DNA of 24,000 nt. Source: Methanobacterium sp. Its GTDB lineage: Archaea; Methanobacteriota; Methanobacteria; Methanobacteriales; Methanobacteriaceae. Location: NCBI RefSeq assembly GCF_049723875.1, contig NZ_JBNAKN010000005.1, positions 15,112 to 39,111 on the forward strand. Reading direction: 5' to 3'. The stretch's first letter is position 1. Each line of letters starts with the position of its first letter. Made by a program: the position numbers and the translations under genes. Below the pieces are notes generated by a model. That model ran no database searches, was not told the DNA's origin, and saw only the letters and a program-made list of their open reading frames with translations. This document shows positions 8,997 through 18,747 of the stretch, piece by piece.

Positions 8997-9707
8997 TTAT
9001 ACTTGAGACAAGTCAAAAGGAACGCTTCCTTTTAATGTAGCTCTTGCTATTGATATCCCATCTGCACCAGCAGAAAGCATATCACGTGCAGATTTAAGAT
9101 CATGAATAGAATTATTACCTATTAAAAATATTTCAGTGTTTTCTTTAATTGTCCTTATAATGTTGTAATCTGCATGGTTATATCCTGGTTTCATGGCATC
9201 TACATGCAAATAATCAGCACCTGCTTTTTCAATAGCTTTTGAAACTTCAATATCATTTACATTTCGAACATTTGCTCTGATCTTAACTGATACTTTACTT
9301 TCAGCTCTTTTTACCACATTTTTTGTAAAATTATATAATTTTTTGGTATCATAAAGAAGTGCCTGTCCACAGCCAATATCAGTTATTTCAGGTTGTCTGC
9401 AGTGTGCATTTATTTCCACTACATCAATTTCATGTAGTTTCGATACTTCAACAATAGGTTCAAATGAAACTGAACGTAGGTTAACAGATACAGTTCCCTT
9501 CCAGGAAGTTTTAAGTATATTTGCTTCTTTTTTAATAGATGATAACAAATTTTCTTCATCTATATCAAATTCTTGTCTTCCTCTTTGAATAATACTGCAT
9601 CCCGCTTCCATTGTAGGTTTATCTGCGTTATAGCCGCCAAGGGTTACCATGTCAAAACCATAAGGAGCCAATTTTAAGCAAAAATTTCCATCGGTTATTC
9701 CTGCCAT
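8997..9707 (-). CDS. Dus/NifR3-related TIM-barrel flavoprotein (archaeal type)
   Basis: MAGITDGNFC matches the PMAG(V/I)TD motif of dihydrouridine-synthase-like TIM barrels. It sits next to GTP cyclohydrolase III. The conserved-looking residues IAGEFIEVLAP continue in frame upstream of the ATG with no ATG/GTG/TTG, so the true start is uncertain. Confidence 0.6.
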   Translation of the reverse strand: MAGITDGNFCLKLAPYGFDMVTLGGYNADKPTMEAGCSIIQRGRQEFDIDEENLLSSIKKEANILKTSWKGTVSVNLRSVSFEPIVEVSKLHEIDVVEINAHCRQPEITDIGCGQALLYDTKKLYNFTKNVVKRAESKVSVKIRANVRNVNDIEVSKAIEKAGADYLHVDAMKPGYNHADYNIIRTIKENTEIFLIGNNSIHDLKSARDMLSAGADGISIARATLKGSVPFDLSQV

Positions 9708-9780
9708 TGGCGCTAAAACTTCAATAAACTCACCTGCAATAAAAAATTATTAATTTAGAGTAAAATATAAATTGAAATGA

Positions 9781-10548
9781 TTAATCCACTAATTTTTCAT
9801 TCATAACATGGACAAGATCGTAGGTGACTCCACCTCTTATCTCTTCCAGAGCTAGATCTGCCAAATTAGCAGCTTTTTCAGCCGTAGGTGCTTTTCCAAT
9901 ACCTGCTTTAAGCGCTATATTGGTTTCATCTTCAATTTCTTCAACTATTTTTAAGAGTCCTTCAGGGCTAAGTCCATTACATGGAGACATAAAATTATCT
10001 CCCCCTATAAAGAAGACAAGTGAACCTTTTTCAATTAACTTTTTCATTAAGAAATGTTGAACTCTATTTACAATAAAAGAAGTATCATAAGCCGGGATTA
10101 TATCAGTTAAAGAATCTGTAATTCCATTTATATCTATATGGGCAATTTGAACAAAACTGTCATCTTTATTTACAAGACCATCTATAGCCAGAACTTCTTT
10201 TCGCTCTTCAGATTGTGCTCCACCATAATTTTGAAGAGCTGCTGTAGCATCTCTTTGAGCTTCATAAGGAGTTTCAGCTGCTCCAACACCCATACTTATG
10301 GTTATTGGATATCTATTGCCTATTGATTTCTGGATTCTCAAATGATCCTCCACATCTACATTATTAGTAATTGCAAGCATGTTATCAAAGCGGGTGAAGA
10401 AAACAAGTCCACCTTTAGCAGCAAATTGTCTTTGAATATCAGCATAAAGCTCTGCTTGCAGGATTTGAAGATCTGCTTCAGCCCTTGGAGTCGGAGTAAC
10501 AGTCCATGGGCCGTAATTATCAATTTGAATTAAAGTCATCTGTATCAT
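9781..10548 (-). CDS. gch3: GTP cyclohydrolase III
   Basis: The N-terminus [22 protein letters not shown] is the hallmark of the archaeal GCH III family (MJ0145 type). It is about 255 aa. Its ATG overlaps the cofD stop as ATGA (10548..10545), which suggests translational coupling. Confidence 0.85.
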   Translation of the reverse strand: MIQMTLIQIDNYGPWTVTPTPRAEADLQILQAELYADIQRQFAAKGGLVFFTRFDNMLAITNNVDVEDHLRIQKSIGNRYPITISMGVGAAETPYEAQRDATAALQNYGGAQSEERKEVLAIDGLVNKDDSFVQIAHIDINGITDSLTDIIPAYDTSFIVNRVQHFLMKKLIEKGSLVFFIGGDNFMSPCNGLSPEGLLKIVEEIEDETNIALKAGIGKAPTAEKAANLADLALEEIRGGVTYDLVHVMNEKLVD

Positions 10549-11450
10549 AAAATTTCACCCAAAATAATTCTGGCTAACCTCACTTTATCATTGATGGTCT
10601 TCATGTTTGTGTTTGTTATAACGACCTTTGATATTAGTTTTTCTATTTTTTTCTCAGATTCTATGTCCTCAACATCTATGATAAACTTGTCCATAAATTC
10701 CTTATAAATTGTTGCAACACCTTCACACGATACTTCGTATCCCATTGCATTCATAAACTTTGCTGCGGGACCACTTACAGGATTTCCACCTATTATTGGA
10801 GATACTGCAACAACATAAGAGTTTTTAAGAGCTTTTCTTACTCCATTCATTGAGATTATTGGCCCTATGGATGTTATCGGATTAGATGGCCCTATTATGA
10901 CCATATCTGAATCTTCAATAGTACTTATTACATCATCTGAAGGTTCAACATCTGCATATATTATATCTTCCACTTCAGGCTGTGCCTTTTTTCCAACCAG
11001 AAATTCGTGGAAGCTCATTTCCCCTTCATCTGTTATAATCTTGATATTAGATTGCTCATCACTCATAGGAATGATCTTTGATTTAACACCTAATTTTTTT
11101 CTTTGAATATCTACGACTTCAGAAAGAGGATACTTCTCCATTAGCATAGTCTTTTGTATCTTAATGGCGCGATCTTCATCCCCAATTCTTAAAATCTCAT
11201 TATAACCCATTTCTTTTAAAGTTTCATGGGTTGTAAATGTATCTTTGTCAATACCGTACCATGTGTTTTCATTTATAATTCCTGCGAGAGTATACATCAC
11301 AGTATCTATATCTGGTGCTATATAGTTTCCTGATATATATGTATTTTCTACTGTGTTTACAATTATATTGAGATCTTCGGGATCGGTTGTCTGGACTATC
11401 CCCTGAATTAATTTTGGAGTTCCAGTTCCTCCAGAAAGTATTGTTATCAT
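10545..11450 (-). CDS. cofD: 2-phospho-L-lactate transferase (F420 biosynthesis)
   Basis: It has the characteristic CofD N-terminus [18 protein letters not shown], is about 300 aa, and neighbours cofE. Confidence 0.9.
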   Translation of the reverse strand: MITILSGGTGTPKLIQGIVQTTDPEDLNIIVNTVENTYISGNYIAPDIDTVMYTLAGIINENTWYGIDKDTFTTHETLKEMGYNEILRIGDEDRAIKIQKTMLMEKYPLSEVVDIQRKKLGVKSKIIPMSDEQSNIKIITDEGEMSFHEFLVGKKAQPEVEDIIYADVEPSDDVISTIEDSDMVIIGPSNPITSIGPIISMNGVRKALKNSYVVAVSPIIGGNPVSGPAAKFMNAMGYEVSCEGVATIYKEFMDKFIIDVEDIESEKKIEKLISKVVITNTNMKTINDKVRLARIILGEIL

Positions 11451-11708
11451 ATAGCTCGTTTTTAAAGTTTGTTTTGTAGTTAATGATTTTAATGAAGATT
11501 AAAGCATACACGTTTTATTTATAGTTAAATACTCACTATTTTTTGGATCATATTAATCTTTTGAAAATCACAGCCCACAGGTTTTTAGGATTTGATGCTT
11601 TAATTCATGCTATTCAAAACAGTGTTTTTAAGAGTTTCAGTTTCATTAGTGAGTATTTATCCATATAACCTGTCTTTAAAGTTTGTTTGTATTAACGTTT
11701 TTATGATG
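11448..11708. repeat. Element A3: imperfect ~47-nt direct repeat duplicating the cofD start codon and leader, enclosing a ~165-nt insert
   Basis: 11448..11495 (catatagctcgtttttaaagtttgttttgtagttaatgattttaatga) and 11662..11708 (catataacctgtctttaaagtttgtttgtattaacgtttttatgatg) are roughly 80% identical with small indels and share a 14-nt exact core, tttaaagtttgttt. The insert has a 12-bp inverted repeat aaatactcacta (11527..11538) / tagtgagtattt (11647..11658) and weaker A/T-tract hairpins such as caaaac-agt-gttttt. Confidence 0.7.
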
Positions 11709-11743
11709 TTTTAAATATTACTGTAATTCACATAATTTAAGTT

Positions 11744-12505
11744 TTATCTAAATATATCATATTTTTTAGGCCTTATCAGATCGTTAGCTGTTGCATTATT
11801 ATTCTTTAATTTTTTAACGTAGTCAACGCCCCTTATTATAACAACAGGTATTCCTTCATCTGCTTGACCCATTAAAATTGATGCCGCAGATGCTAATTCA
11901 TCTGCAACAGCGATACTTGTAGTTTGAAGTTCCCTTCCGTAGAGATCTTTTTCACCTTTTCTATCCCAAAGAGCATTCATTCCAGATATACCAATTGCAG
12001 TACCAATAGCTCCTTCTCGAAAGGCCCTTCCTTGAGTATCCGATATTATAACAACAACTTCCTTTTCACTCAAAGTTTCTATTTTTTTCATTATAAGAGA
12101 TGCGCTTTTATCTGGATCTTCAGGCATAGGTGTAGCCATATCATTTTCCACATTCGATTCATCTATTCCTGCATTTGCACACACAAAGCCATGTTTAGTT
12201 TCACTAATTATAAAATCAGGACCTACTTTTAATATTTCAGTAGATTCCTGAATTATTGCCTCTACAACATGAGGATCTTTTCCCGTTTTTTCTGCAAGTT
12301 CAAGGGCTTTTTGAGTTGGTTTAATAGTTTTAAGGTTGATTTTATTTCCTTCTGCCTTTGATATTATAGTTTCAGCTATGACAAAAATATCTCCATCTTC
12401 AATGTTAATATATTCATCATTCATTGCATCTACTATTAAAGCAGCGATGTCATCGCCTTCTGCAATTAAAGGAATATTTTCAATTCCAATGATCTTGATA
12501 TCCAT
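11744..12505 (-). CDS. cofE: Coenzyme F420-0:L-glutamate ligase
   Basis: [20 protein letters not shown]... and [19 protein letters not shown] are typical CofE motifs. I place the start at the ATG at 12505 (GGTGA RBS), which avoids overlapping purO; the track start at 12565 is unlikely. Confidence 0.85.
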   Translation of the reverse strand: MDIKIIGIENIPLIAEGDDIAALIVDAMNDEYINIEDGDIFVIAETIISKAEGNKINLKTIKPTQKALELAEKTGKDPHVVEAIIQESTEILKVGPDFIISETKHGFVCANAGIDESNVENDMATPMPEDPDKSASLIMKKIETLSEKEVVVIISDTQGRAFREGAIGTAIGISGMNALWDRKGEKDLYGRELQTTSIAVADELASAASILMGQADEGIPVVIIRGVDYVKKLKNNNATANDLIRPKKYDIFR

Positions 12506-12527
12506 GCATTCACCAGACTGAATCAGA

Positions 12528-13142
12528 CTATAGAGAACCAATTTTCCATTCATCATCTTCTGCAAATGCAGCCACGGAATCTACAGGATTAGTGAATTCT
12601 TCAAATTTGCCACCACCATATATAAATTTAGCGGCTTCATCAGCGTTATTACAAACAAATTCGACATAATTTGGTTTTATGTGTTCATAAGTTGAAATAT
12701 AACTGCACTGTTCAGCTTTAACCTTTTCAACTATGAGCGTATCACTTGTAACAATCCCTATATAAGAATCCCCGCCTAATGTTGTAGCTCCTGCGATACG
12801 TGGAGTATTTAACTCATCTTTTTCATAATCCATTGTAAGTAATGTTAATGCGATTGAATCGCGTATATTCATGCCAGAAGCTATTTTTTCTGCAATGATA
12901 TCAGTATGAGCTCCATTTGAAACTACAGCAACATCATCCACAATTCGTATACAATTATAAGCAATGTAAGGGTTTTTAAAAACGTCTTTTTCATATCCTT
13001 CCTTTGGTACAATTGCAGCCCTGTCTTCAAATACATTTACCATTCTATTTGGAAAAGACCGGCTTGAAACCCTATATGCCACAAATTTTCCTGCTTCTGT
13101 ACTTCCAACTGCTAAGATTCTTCCAAGATACATTTTTTTCAC
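12528..13142 (-). CDS. purO: Archaeal IMP cyclohydrolase
   Basis: It has the PurO N-terminus [10 protein letters not shown], is about 200 aa, and keeps the conserved purO-cofE-cofD order known from Methanothermobacter (recalled from memory). The start is at 13142 or 13133. Confidence 0.85.
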   Translation of the reverse strand: MKKMYLGRILAVGSTEAGKFVAYRVSSRSFPNRMVNVFEDRAAIVPKEGYEKDVFKNPYIAYNCIRIVDDVAVVSNGAHTDIIAEKIASGMNIRDSIALTLLTMDYEKDELNTPRIAGATTLGGDSYIGIVTSDTLIVEKVKAEQCSYISTYEHIKPNYVEFVCNNADEAAKFIYGGGKFEEFTNPVDSVAAFAEDDEWKIGSL

Positions 13143-13200
13143 CTTTTAATTCTATATTCTTTGTATTATTTTTTATGGTTATTTAATCAATAGTTTTATT

Positions 13201-13599
13201 TCATTGAGTAGGTATTGATACCGCTTTATTTATAGGGAATCCTGCGGGTGTAGTTATAATAATTTCCCCAGCTTTAGACCGTATAATTATTTCCCCTTCA
13301 TCAATCACTCTTGTATGTACTGCAATTGCTCCGTTTCGTATATAACTTGACATATCTTGCCCATTTACTGTAACTTTCTTTAAACCAGCAACTGGAACTA
13401 AATAATACTCGGATGTTCCACTACTTTGCGTTACCTGAGGTTTTCCAGATGCAGACTGAGTTTGATCAGCAGCACCAAAGCTACTTGTAACCATTAAAAA
13501 TATAAGAATTGTAAAAACAACATCGATAAACGGGACCATGTTGAATCTAGGAGTATTTTTCCTAACTTTATTTCTGTATCTGCTTACATCAAGAACCAT
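13201..13599 (-). CDS. ExbD/TolR-family biopolymer transport protein
   Basis: It has a single N-terminal TM with the ExbD signature NMVPFIDVVFTILIFLMV, is about 130 aa, and lies directly downstream of an ExbB-like gene. Confidence 0.75.
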   Translation of the reverse strand: MVLDVSRYRNKVRKNTPRFNMVPFIDVVFTILIFLMVTSSFGAADQTQSASGKPQVTQSSGTSEYYLVPVAGLKKVTVNGQDMSSYIRNGAIAVHTRVIDEGEIIIRSKAGEIIITTPAGFPINKAVSIPTQ

Positions 13600-13634
13600 C
13601 GAATAACTTCCTATACATTTAAAGAATTTTTATC

Positions 13635-14474
13635 TTACTGCATTAACTTACTTTCAATAATCTCAGCTTTAGTGTTACATTTTTCCATAATTATATTGTG
13701 AATACTTTTTTCAAGCATACTGGGCTTTAAAGCCACCAAAACATTTGCATCATAATCTTCGATTTCTTTAACTTTTACAATTCCTTCCGCTTCTTTTAAA
13801 GCCTCAACTGCGATTTTAGGATCAATCGCCACTTTTATTCTCATAACTGCCGAGTTCCAATTAGTCATTTTCTTAGCAATCTCTATCTTATCCATCTCAT
13901 CTTCTATTTTACCAGTAATATAAGAATGAAGAGGAACTAAAGCTATTGCAACAGTAAGCCCAGCTATAGTGGTAATTAGAGCAATGTAAATCCCTTCTGC
14001 CATTCCTGATGAACTTGCCCCCATTCCAAGAGCCCTAAATGTATACCACATACCCAAAACTGTTCCTATTAATCCTAATAGAGGGGCAACTTCAATTATC
14101 ATTTTAATTGTGCCTAGACCCCTAGTCATTCTTCCCATCTCAACTATGAATACACGTTCCATTGCATCTTCAACTTCAGTTTTATTTCTGTAACCAATTT
14201 TTAAGGCTTCTGAAATGATTTTTGAGACTGGATTTTGATATTTACCTATGGAGCGCAATGCTTCAAGAGATCCTCCCTTTTCCATAGCTTCATTCACTGT
14301 TCCCATAATTAAAGGTGGAGAAACCTTTGATATTTTGCGTAAATAACGAATCTTCTCAATGGAAGCTAAAAACCCATATATTCCTATAATAGTTATTATA
14401 TAAGTTATAATTCCCCCACTTTTGAACATCTCCAATATAGTGCCAAAAGAACTGCTTAAAAACTCATATATCAT
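13635..14474 (-). CDS. MotA/TolQ/ExbB-family proton channel protein with a C-terminal soluble extension
   Basis: It has three TM segments and the conserved APLLGLIGTVLGM motif. About 85 extra residues follow the last TM. Confidence 0.75.
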   Translation of the reverse strand: MIYEFLSSSFGTILEMFKSGGIITYIITIIGIYGFLASIEKIRYLRKISKVSPPLIMGTVNEAMEKGGSLEALRSIGKYQNPVSKIISEALKIGYRNKTEVEDAMERVFIVEMGRMTRGLGTIKMIIEVAPLLGLIGTVLGMWYTFRALGMGASSSGMAEGIYIALITTIAGLTVAIALVPLHSYITGKIEDEMDKIEIAKKMTNWNSAVMRIKVAIDPKIAVEALKEAEGIVKVKEIEDYDANVLVALKPSMLEKSIHNIIMEKCNTKAEIIESKLMQ

Positions 14475-14557
14475 TGTATCTTGGTCCTACTGATTTTAAC
14501 ATGTTTCAGTTTAGTTGTTGTGTCCTTTCATATCGTCAAAACTATGTCTTTACAAGT

Positions 14558-14623
14558 GTAAAATCTGTGATTTTTTACCAGCAAAAACTTCAGTTTTTAT
14601 GCCGTGAAAATTATAGTTTTCAC
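14558..14623. repeat. Hairpin array A4 (three modules)
   Basis: The three modules are gtaaaatc-tgt-gattttttac (14558..14578), gcaaaaac-ttca-gtttttatgc (14581..14602, imperfect) and gtgaaaa-ttatag-ttttcac (14604..14623). The array lies between the rnhB stop and the exbB-like start. Confidence 0.75.
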
Positions 14624-14794
14624 AGGCTTTGATTTTCGTTTGTGTTAATGATTTAAAATAGTTACTGAAATTTTTATTATCTAATTGGCAATTTTTATGA
14701 TTATATTAATTCTTTTGATATCTTTGCCTTTGAAAGGTAATTAATGGAAGAATTAAGATAATAAATTTAAAAAAATAGTTTTTATGAAGGTATT

Positions 14795-15403
14795 TCACCT
14801 GTTCTTTTTAACTGTGGCCCATGAATGCCTCACAAAATCAGGTAAATTTTCATAGGTAAATCTCTTTAAAAATGCAATTGTTTTAGGATCGCTAGGATAT
14901 CCTGATCCAACATCTTTATATTCCTTTCTTATTCTATCAATAGCTAAATCACGTTCAACTTTGGCAACTATAGATGCTGCTGCCACAATTGGAAATTTAT
15001 CTTCAGCTTTATGTTCAGCTATAACCTTAAGATTCTCCTTAACACTCTCCATTTCGTCGCAAAATCTTTGAGGTTTAATATCTAAACAATCTATATAAGC
15101 CACATCAGGGTCAAAATGTCCTATAACTTTTTTCATGGCAATTTTTTCAATTTCGTTTAGATTGACATCTTTAGCCCTCAAATTATCAATGTCTTTAGCT
15201 TCTATTCTAACAGTGTAAGATTCCGCAATTTTATTTATTCGTCTTGCCAGTACAGTCCTTCTTCCAGAAGTCAATCTTTTAGAATCTTTTAACTGAAGCC
15301 TTTCAAGCTTCTCAAGTTTCTCTTCGTCTATTGCTACTCCGCACACTACAAGAGGTCCAATTACAGGCCCTCTACCCGCTTCATCTATGCCGATTATTTT
15401 CAT
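14795..15403 (-). CDS. rnhB: Ribonuclease HII
   Basis: MKIIGIDEAGRGPVIGPLVV carries the DEAGRG catalytic motif. The size is about 200 aa, and the C-terminal half has the GSGYPSD motif. Confidence 0.9.
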   Translation of the reverse strand: MKIIGIDEAGRGPVIGPLVVCGVAIDEEKLEKLERLQLKDSKRLTSGRRTVLARRINKIAESYTVRIEAKDIDNLRAKDVNLNEIEKIAMKKVIGHFDPDVAYIDCLDIKPQRFCDEMESVKENLKVIAEHKAEDKFPIVAAASIVAKVERDLAIDRIRKEYKDVGSGYPSDPKTIAFLKRFTYENLPDFVRHSWATVKKNR

Positions 15404-15489
15404 TGTATCTAAAAAAAGTTTTTTTTGATTTAATAAAAAGTTTAGTATTTAATTTAAGAAAAAAATTTGAGAAATAAGTCAGGAACAAC

Positions 15490-16563
15490 TTACTTCATAG
15501 CTTTCAGACGTACTTCTGGTTCAAGTGCCCTTGGTTCTGCAGCTACAATAGCAGCTCCTTTTGCGACTACAGTCATAGGGTCATCTGAAATTTCTACAGG
15601 AACGCCAACTTCTTCATATATCCTTTCTTTTAATCCTCTAAGTTGTGATGTTCCACCAACAACTACTGTTTCTTTGTAGACTCCAGATATAAGTTCAGGA
15701 GACATTCTTTCAAGTATAACTTTTAATGCTTCAATAAGTTCAACTACTACAGGTTCTGCAGCTTCTGCTACCAGTGCCGAATCCAATTCAACTTCTTTTG
15801 GCTTGTTAGTTTCCATATCTTTTCCAATGGCAGTAGTTTTTATAATTTCAATATCTGAACCAGAATGAACCATTCCAACTTCTATTTTAGCTTTTTCTGC
15901 TTCATGAATTCCTATCTGGACATTGTAAAGATCTTTAACTTTTTCTACAATGTTATCATCAATATTATCTCCACCAAGTCTTACTGTTTCTATATCAGTG
16001 ATTCCACCAAGAGAGATAACCACAATATCACTTGATCCAGCACCTATATCAATTACCATTGTACCAGATGCTTCTGCAATTGGTAATCCTGCACCTATAG
16101 CTGCTGCGAGACCTTCACTTATAACTAAAACATAACTTGCTCCAGCTTTTCTACCTATTTCTTCTACAGCATTCTTTTCTACTTCGGATGCATCTCCAGG
16201 AATACCTATAACAATTCTATCAATATGATCCATTGAGTCTCCTGCACCTTTATCCATAGCATAAATAAGAAGAGCTTCAGCTTGAGCTACACTTTCTATA
16301 ACTCCTTTTCTTAGGGGCCTTACAGCTATAATATCCTCTGGCGTTCTTCCAAGCATTAATTTTGCATCTTCACCTACTGCAAGCACATAAGATGGATCTT
16401 CTTTTTTTACAGCTACTACAGATGGTATTTTATAAAGATCAAATTTATCTCCTGAAGGTTTTGCGACAACAGTATTGAGTGTACCTAAATCAATTCCTAA
16501 GGTATTTGTTATCCCTTCCTTCCTCACTTCTTCTGTTTCTTCCTTCTTTCCAAAAAGATTCAT
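15490..16563 (-). CDS. mreB: MreB-like actin-family cytoskeletal ATPase
   Basis: Actin/Hsp70-fold phosphate and adenosine motifs are present: GIDLGTLNTVVA, VIDIGAGSSDIVVISLGGI and VVVGGTSQLRGLKERI. It is about 350 aa with no Hsp70 substrate-binding domain. Confidence 0.75.
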   Translation of the reverse strand: MNLFGKKEETEEVRKEGITNTLGIDLGTLNTVVAKPSGDKFDLYKIPSVVAVKKEDPSYVLAVGEDAKLMLGRTPEDIIAVRPLRKGVIESVAQAEALLIYAMDKGAGDSMDHIDRIVIGIPGDASEVEKNAVEEIGRKAGASYVLVISEGLAAAIGAGLPIAEASGTMVIDIGAGSSDIVVISLGGITDIETVRLGGDNIDDNIVEKVKDLYNVQIGIHEAEKAKIEVGMVHSGSDIEIIKTTAIGKDMETNKPKEVELDSALVAEAAEPVVVELIEALKVILERMSPELISGVYKETVVVGGTSQLRGLKERIYEEVGVPVEISDDPMTVVAKGAAIVAAEPRALEPEVRLKAMK

Positions 16564-16564
16564 T

Positions 16565-17203
<639 letters not shown>

Positions 17204-17289
17204 GTCTTACTTCTCATGGTAGAACTCCACACATAATAAATAAATAATTTTTTTAAATATTTTAGAAAATATGTAATATTTTCTAACTC

Positions 17290-17413
17290 TTACAAATCTT
17301 TGATTTTTAATGCTCACAAAACATAAGGTTTTATGGCCGTAAAAACTTTGTTTTTTCATGTAGAAAAAGCGTTGCTTTTCCAACTCCCAAAAAATTCTAC
17401 AAATTTTTTGAGG
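17290..17413. repeat. Hairpin array A5 (about five modules) in a divergent intergenic region
   Basis: The modules are tacaaatc-ttt-gattttta, acaaaac-ataag-gttttat, aaaaac-ttt-gttttt, gaaaagc-gtt-gcttttc (~17362..17381) and caaaaaatt-ctac-aattttttg (~17387..17411). I found no flanking direct repeat. Confidence 0.7.
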
Positions 17414-17686
17414 ATTTGCATACTTATTTTAATATACTATTACAATTCCTACATATAAAAAACTATAAATAAATATGCCCAAATTTATCCCAATAGTACC
17501 CCACTAATATGTTATATAATATATGACAATTAAGCAGAATAGTTATATAAACTTTTATGAATTGATAAGATAGTAAATTAAATGCATATCTCCTTGTTAA
17601 AAAAGAGCACTTAACTCTTTAAAACAAGTTGAATGTATTAAAATTCTATTTTTTAATATTAATAAGATTAAATGTGGAAAAAATTC

Positions 17687-17720
17687 AAAATTTTGAATAT
17701 AAAAAAATTTTGAATATAAA
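17687..17720. repeat. Perfect tandem duplication of a 17-mer (AAAATTTTGAATATAAA x2) overlapping a 16-bp palindrome
   Basis: 17687..17703 equals 17704..17720. The first copy is embedded in the perfect palindrome attcaaaattttgaat (17683..17698). It lies about 120 nt upstream of the psd start. Confidence 0.85.
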
Positions 17721-17836
17721 TCAATTCATGAAAGACATGTTTCTATATTTTTTATACAAACAATTTTTATAATAATAAGCATAAAAAGTCTGCAGTAAAT
17801 CCATTGATAATATTCATTAAAAAATTTGTGATTCTT

Positions 17837-18508
17837 ATGTTCGTTAAAGGAACTTTAAAAAAGGCAGGATTATTTTTAACTTTAGCAGTCTTACCCTTTT
17901 TATTTGGATATTTCTTAGTAAGCTTAATCCTATTTTCAATTCTAGCATTTATTATGCAGTTTTTCAGAGATCCAAATAGACGTGTACCTCAGGAAAAAGG
18001 AGTTGTAGTAGCTCCTGCAGATGGAAGAGTACTCAAAGGACAAATTGACAAGATAGAGATAGTTGAATACAACGATCCATTAATGAAGCATATATTAAAA
18101 AAAGGGGAAAAAGGAGTTCGTATAAGTACATTCATGTCTCCATTTGATGTCCACGTGAATAGATCTCCTGTTTCTGGAAAAATTGTAAAGACCAAACACT
18201 TTCCCGGAAAATTTAAATTAGCGTTTAAAGATGCGGAAACTGAAACTGAAAAAGAAAAAAATTTAATAGTAATTGACTCACAGTACGGAAAAATTGGAGT
18301 AGTTCAAATTGCAGGTTTTGTAGCAAGGCGTATAGTCCAATATGTTAATGTAGGTGACAAAGTTGAAATAGGAGAAAGATTAGGGATGATAAAATTTGGA
18401 TCTAGAGTAGATCTAATTGTACCCTATGAAAAATGTAAATTAATGGTTAAAGAAGGTCAAAAACCAAAAGCAGCAGAAACAATAATGGCTAAAATAATAA
18501 ATAGTTAA
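17837..18508 (+). CDS. psd: Phosphatidylserine (archaetidylserine) decarboxylase proenzyme, short type
   Basis: It has an N-terminal TM, FRDPNR, and the pyruvoyl-forming cleavage motif in MIKFGSRVDLIVP. The ATG at 17837 is preferred over the TTG at 17804. It neighbours pssA. Confidence 0.8.
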   Translation: MFVKGTLKKAGLFLTLAVLPFLFGYFLVSLILFSILAFIMQFFRDPNRRVPQEKGVVVAPADGRVLKGQIDKIEIVEYNDPLMKHILKKGEKGVRISTFMSPFDVHVNRSPVSGKIVKTKHFPGKFKLAFKDAETETEKEKNLIVIDSQYGKIGVVQIAGFVARRIVQYVNVGDKVEIGERLGMIKFGSRVDLIVPYEKCKLMVKEGQKPKAAETIMAKIINS

Positions 18509-18747
18509 TTAAATACACGTGAATCTTTTTAAAATTATTCCATTTCAATTTACAAACCTTTTTCTTTTAAATATCAATATTTATAAAATTTATTTTGATT
18601 CAAAATCATTACTAAAATTAAACCATCTTACTATAAGTATATTGCATACCAAATAATCATATTTCATAATTTCTGCAATAATTTTGCAGATGATTTTACT
18701 ATAACTATATTTATAACTATTATCAATGATTACACACGGGGGCAAAT

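Noticed and set aside
11269-11511. Track ORF 11269..11511(-), 80 aa
   Set aside because: It is out of frame over the cofD 5' end and leader and gives an Arg/Tyr/Asn-rich low-complexity translation.
11527-11658. The 12-bp inverted repeat aaatactcacta/tagtgagtattt as MITE terminal inverted repeats
   Set aside because: A perfect 12-bp inverted repeat within ~200 nt is expected about once by chance in a window like this. It does not abut the direct repeats, as true TIR/TSD junctions would. I kept it as a descriptive note only.
13201-14474. The ExbB/ExbD pair as a Zorya-like (MotAB-type) anti-phage module
   Set aside because: There are no additional large effector genes (ZorC/D-like). The pair is embedded in conserved housekeeping synteny and both proteins are of standard ExbB/ExbD size.
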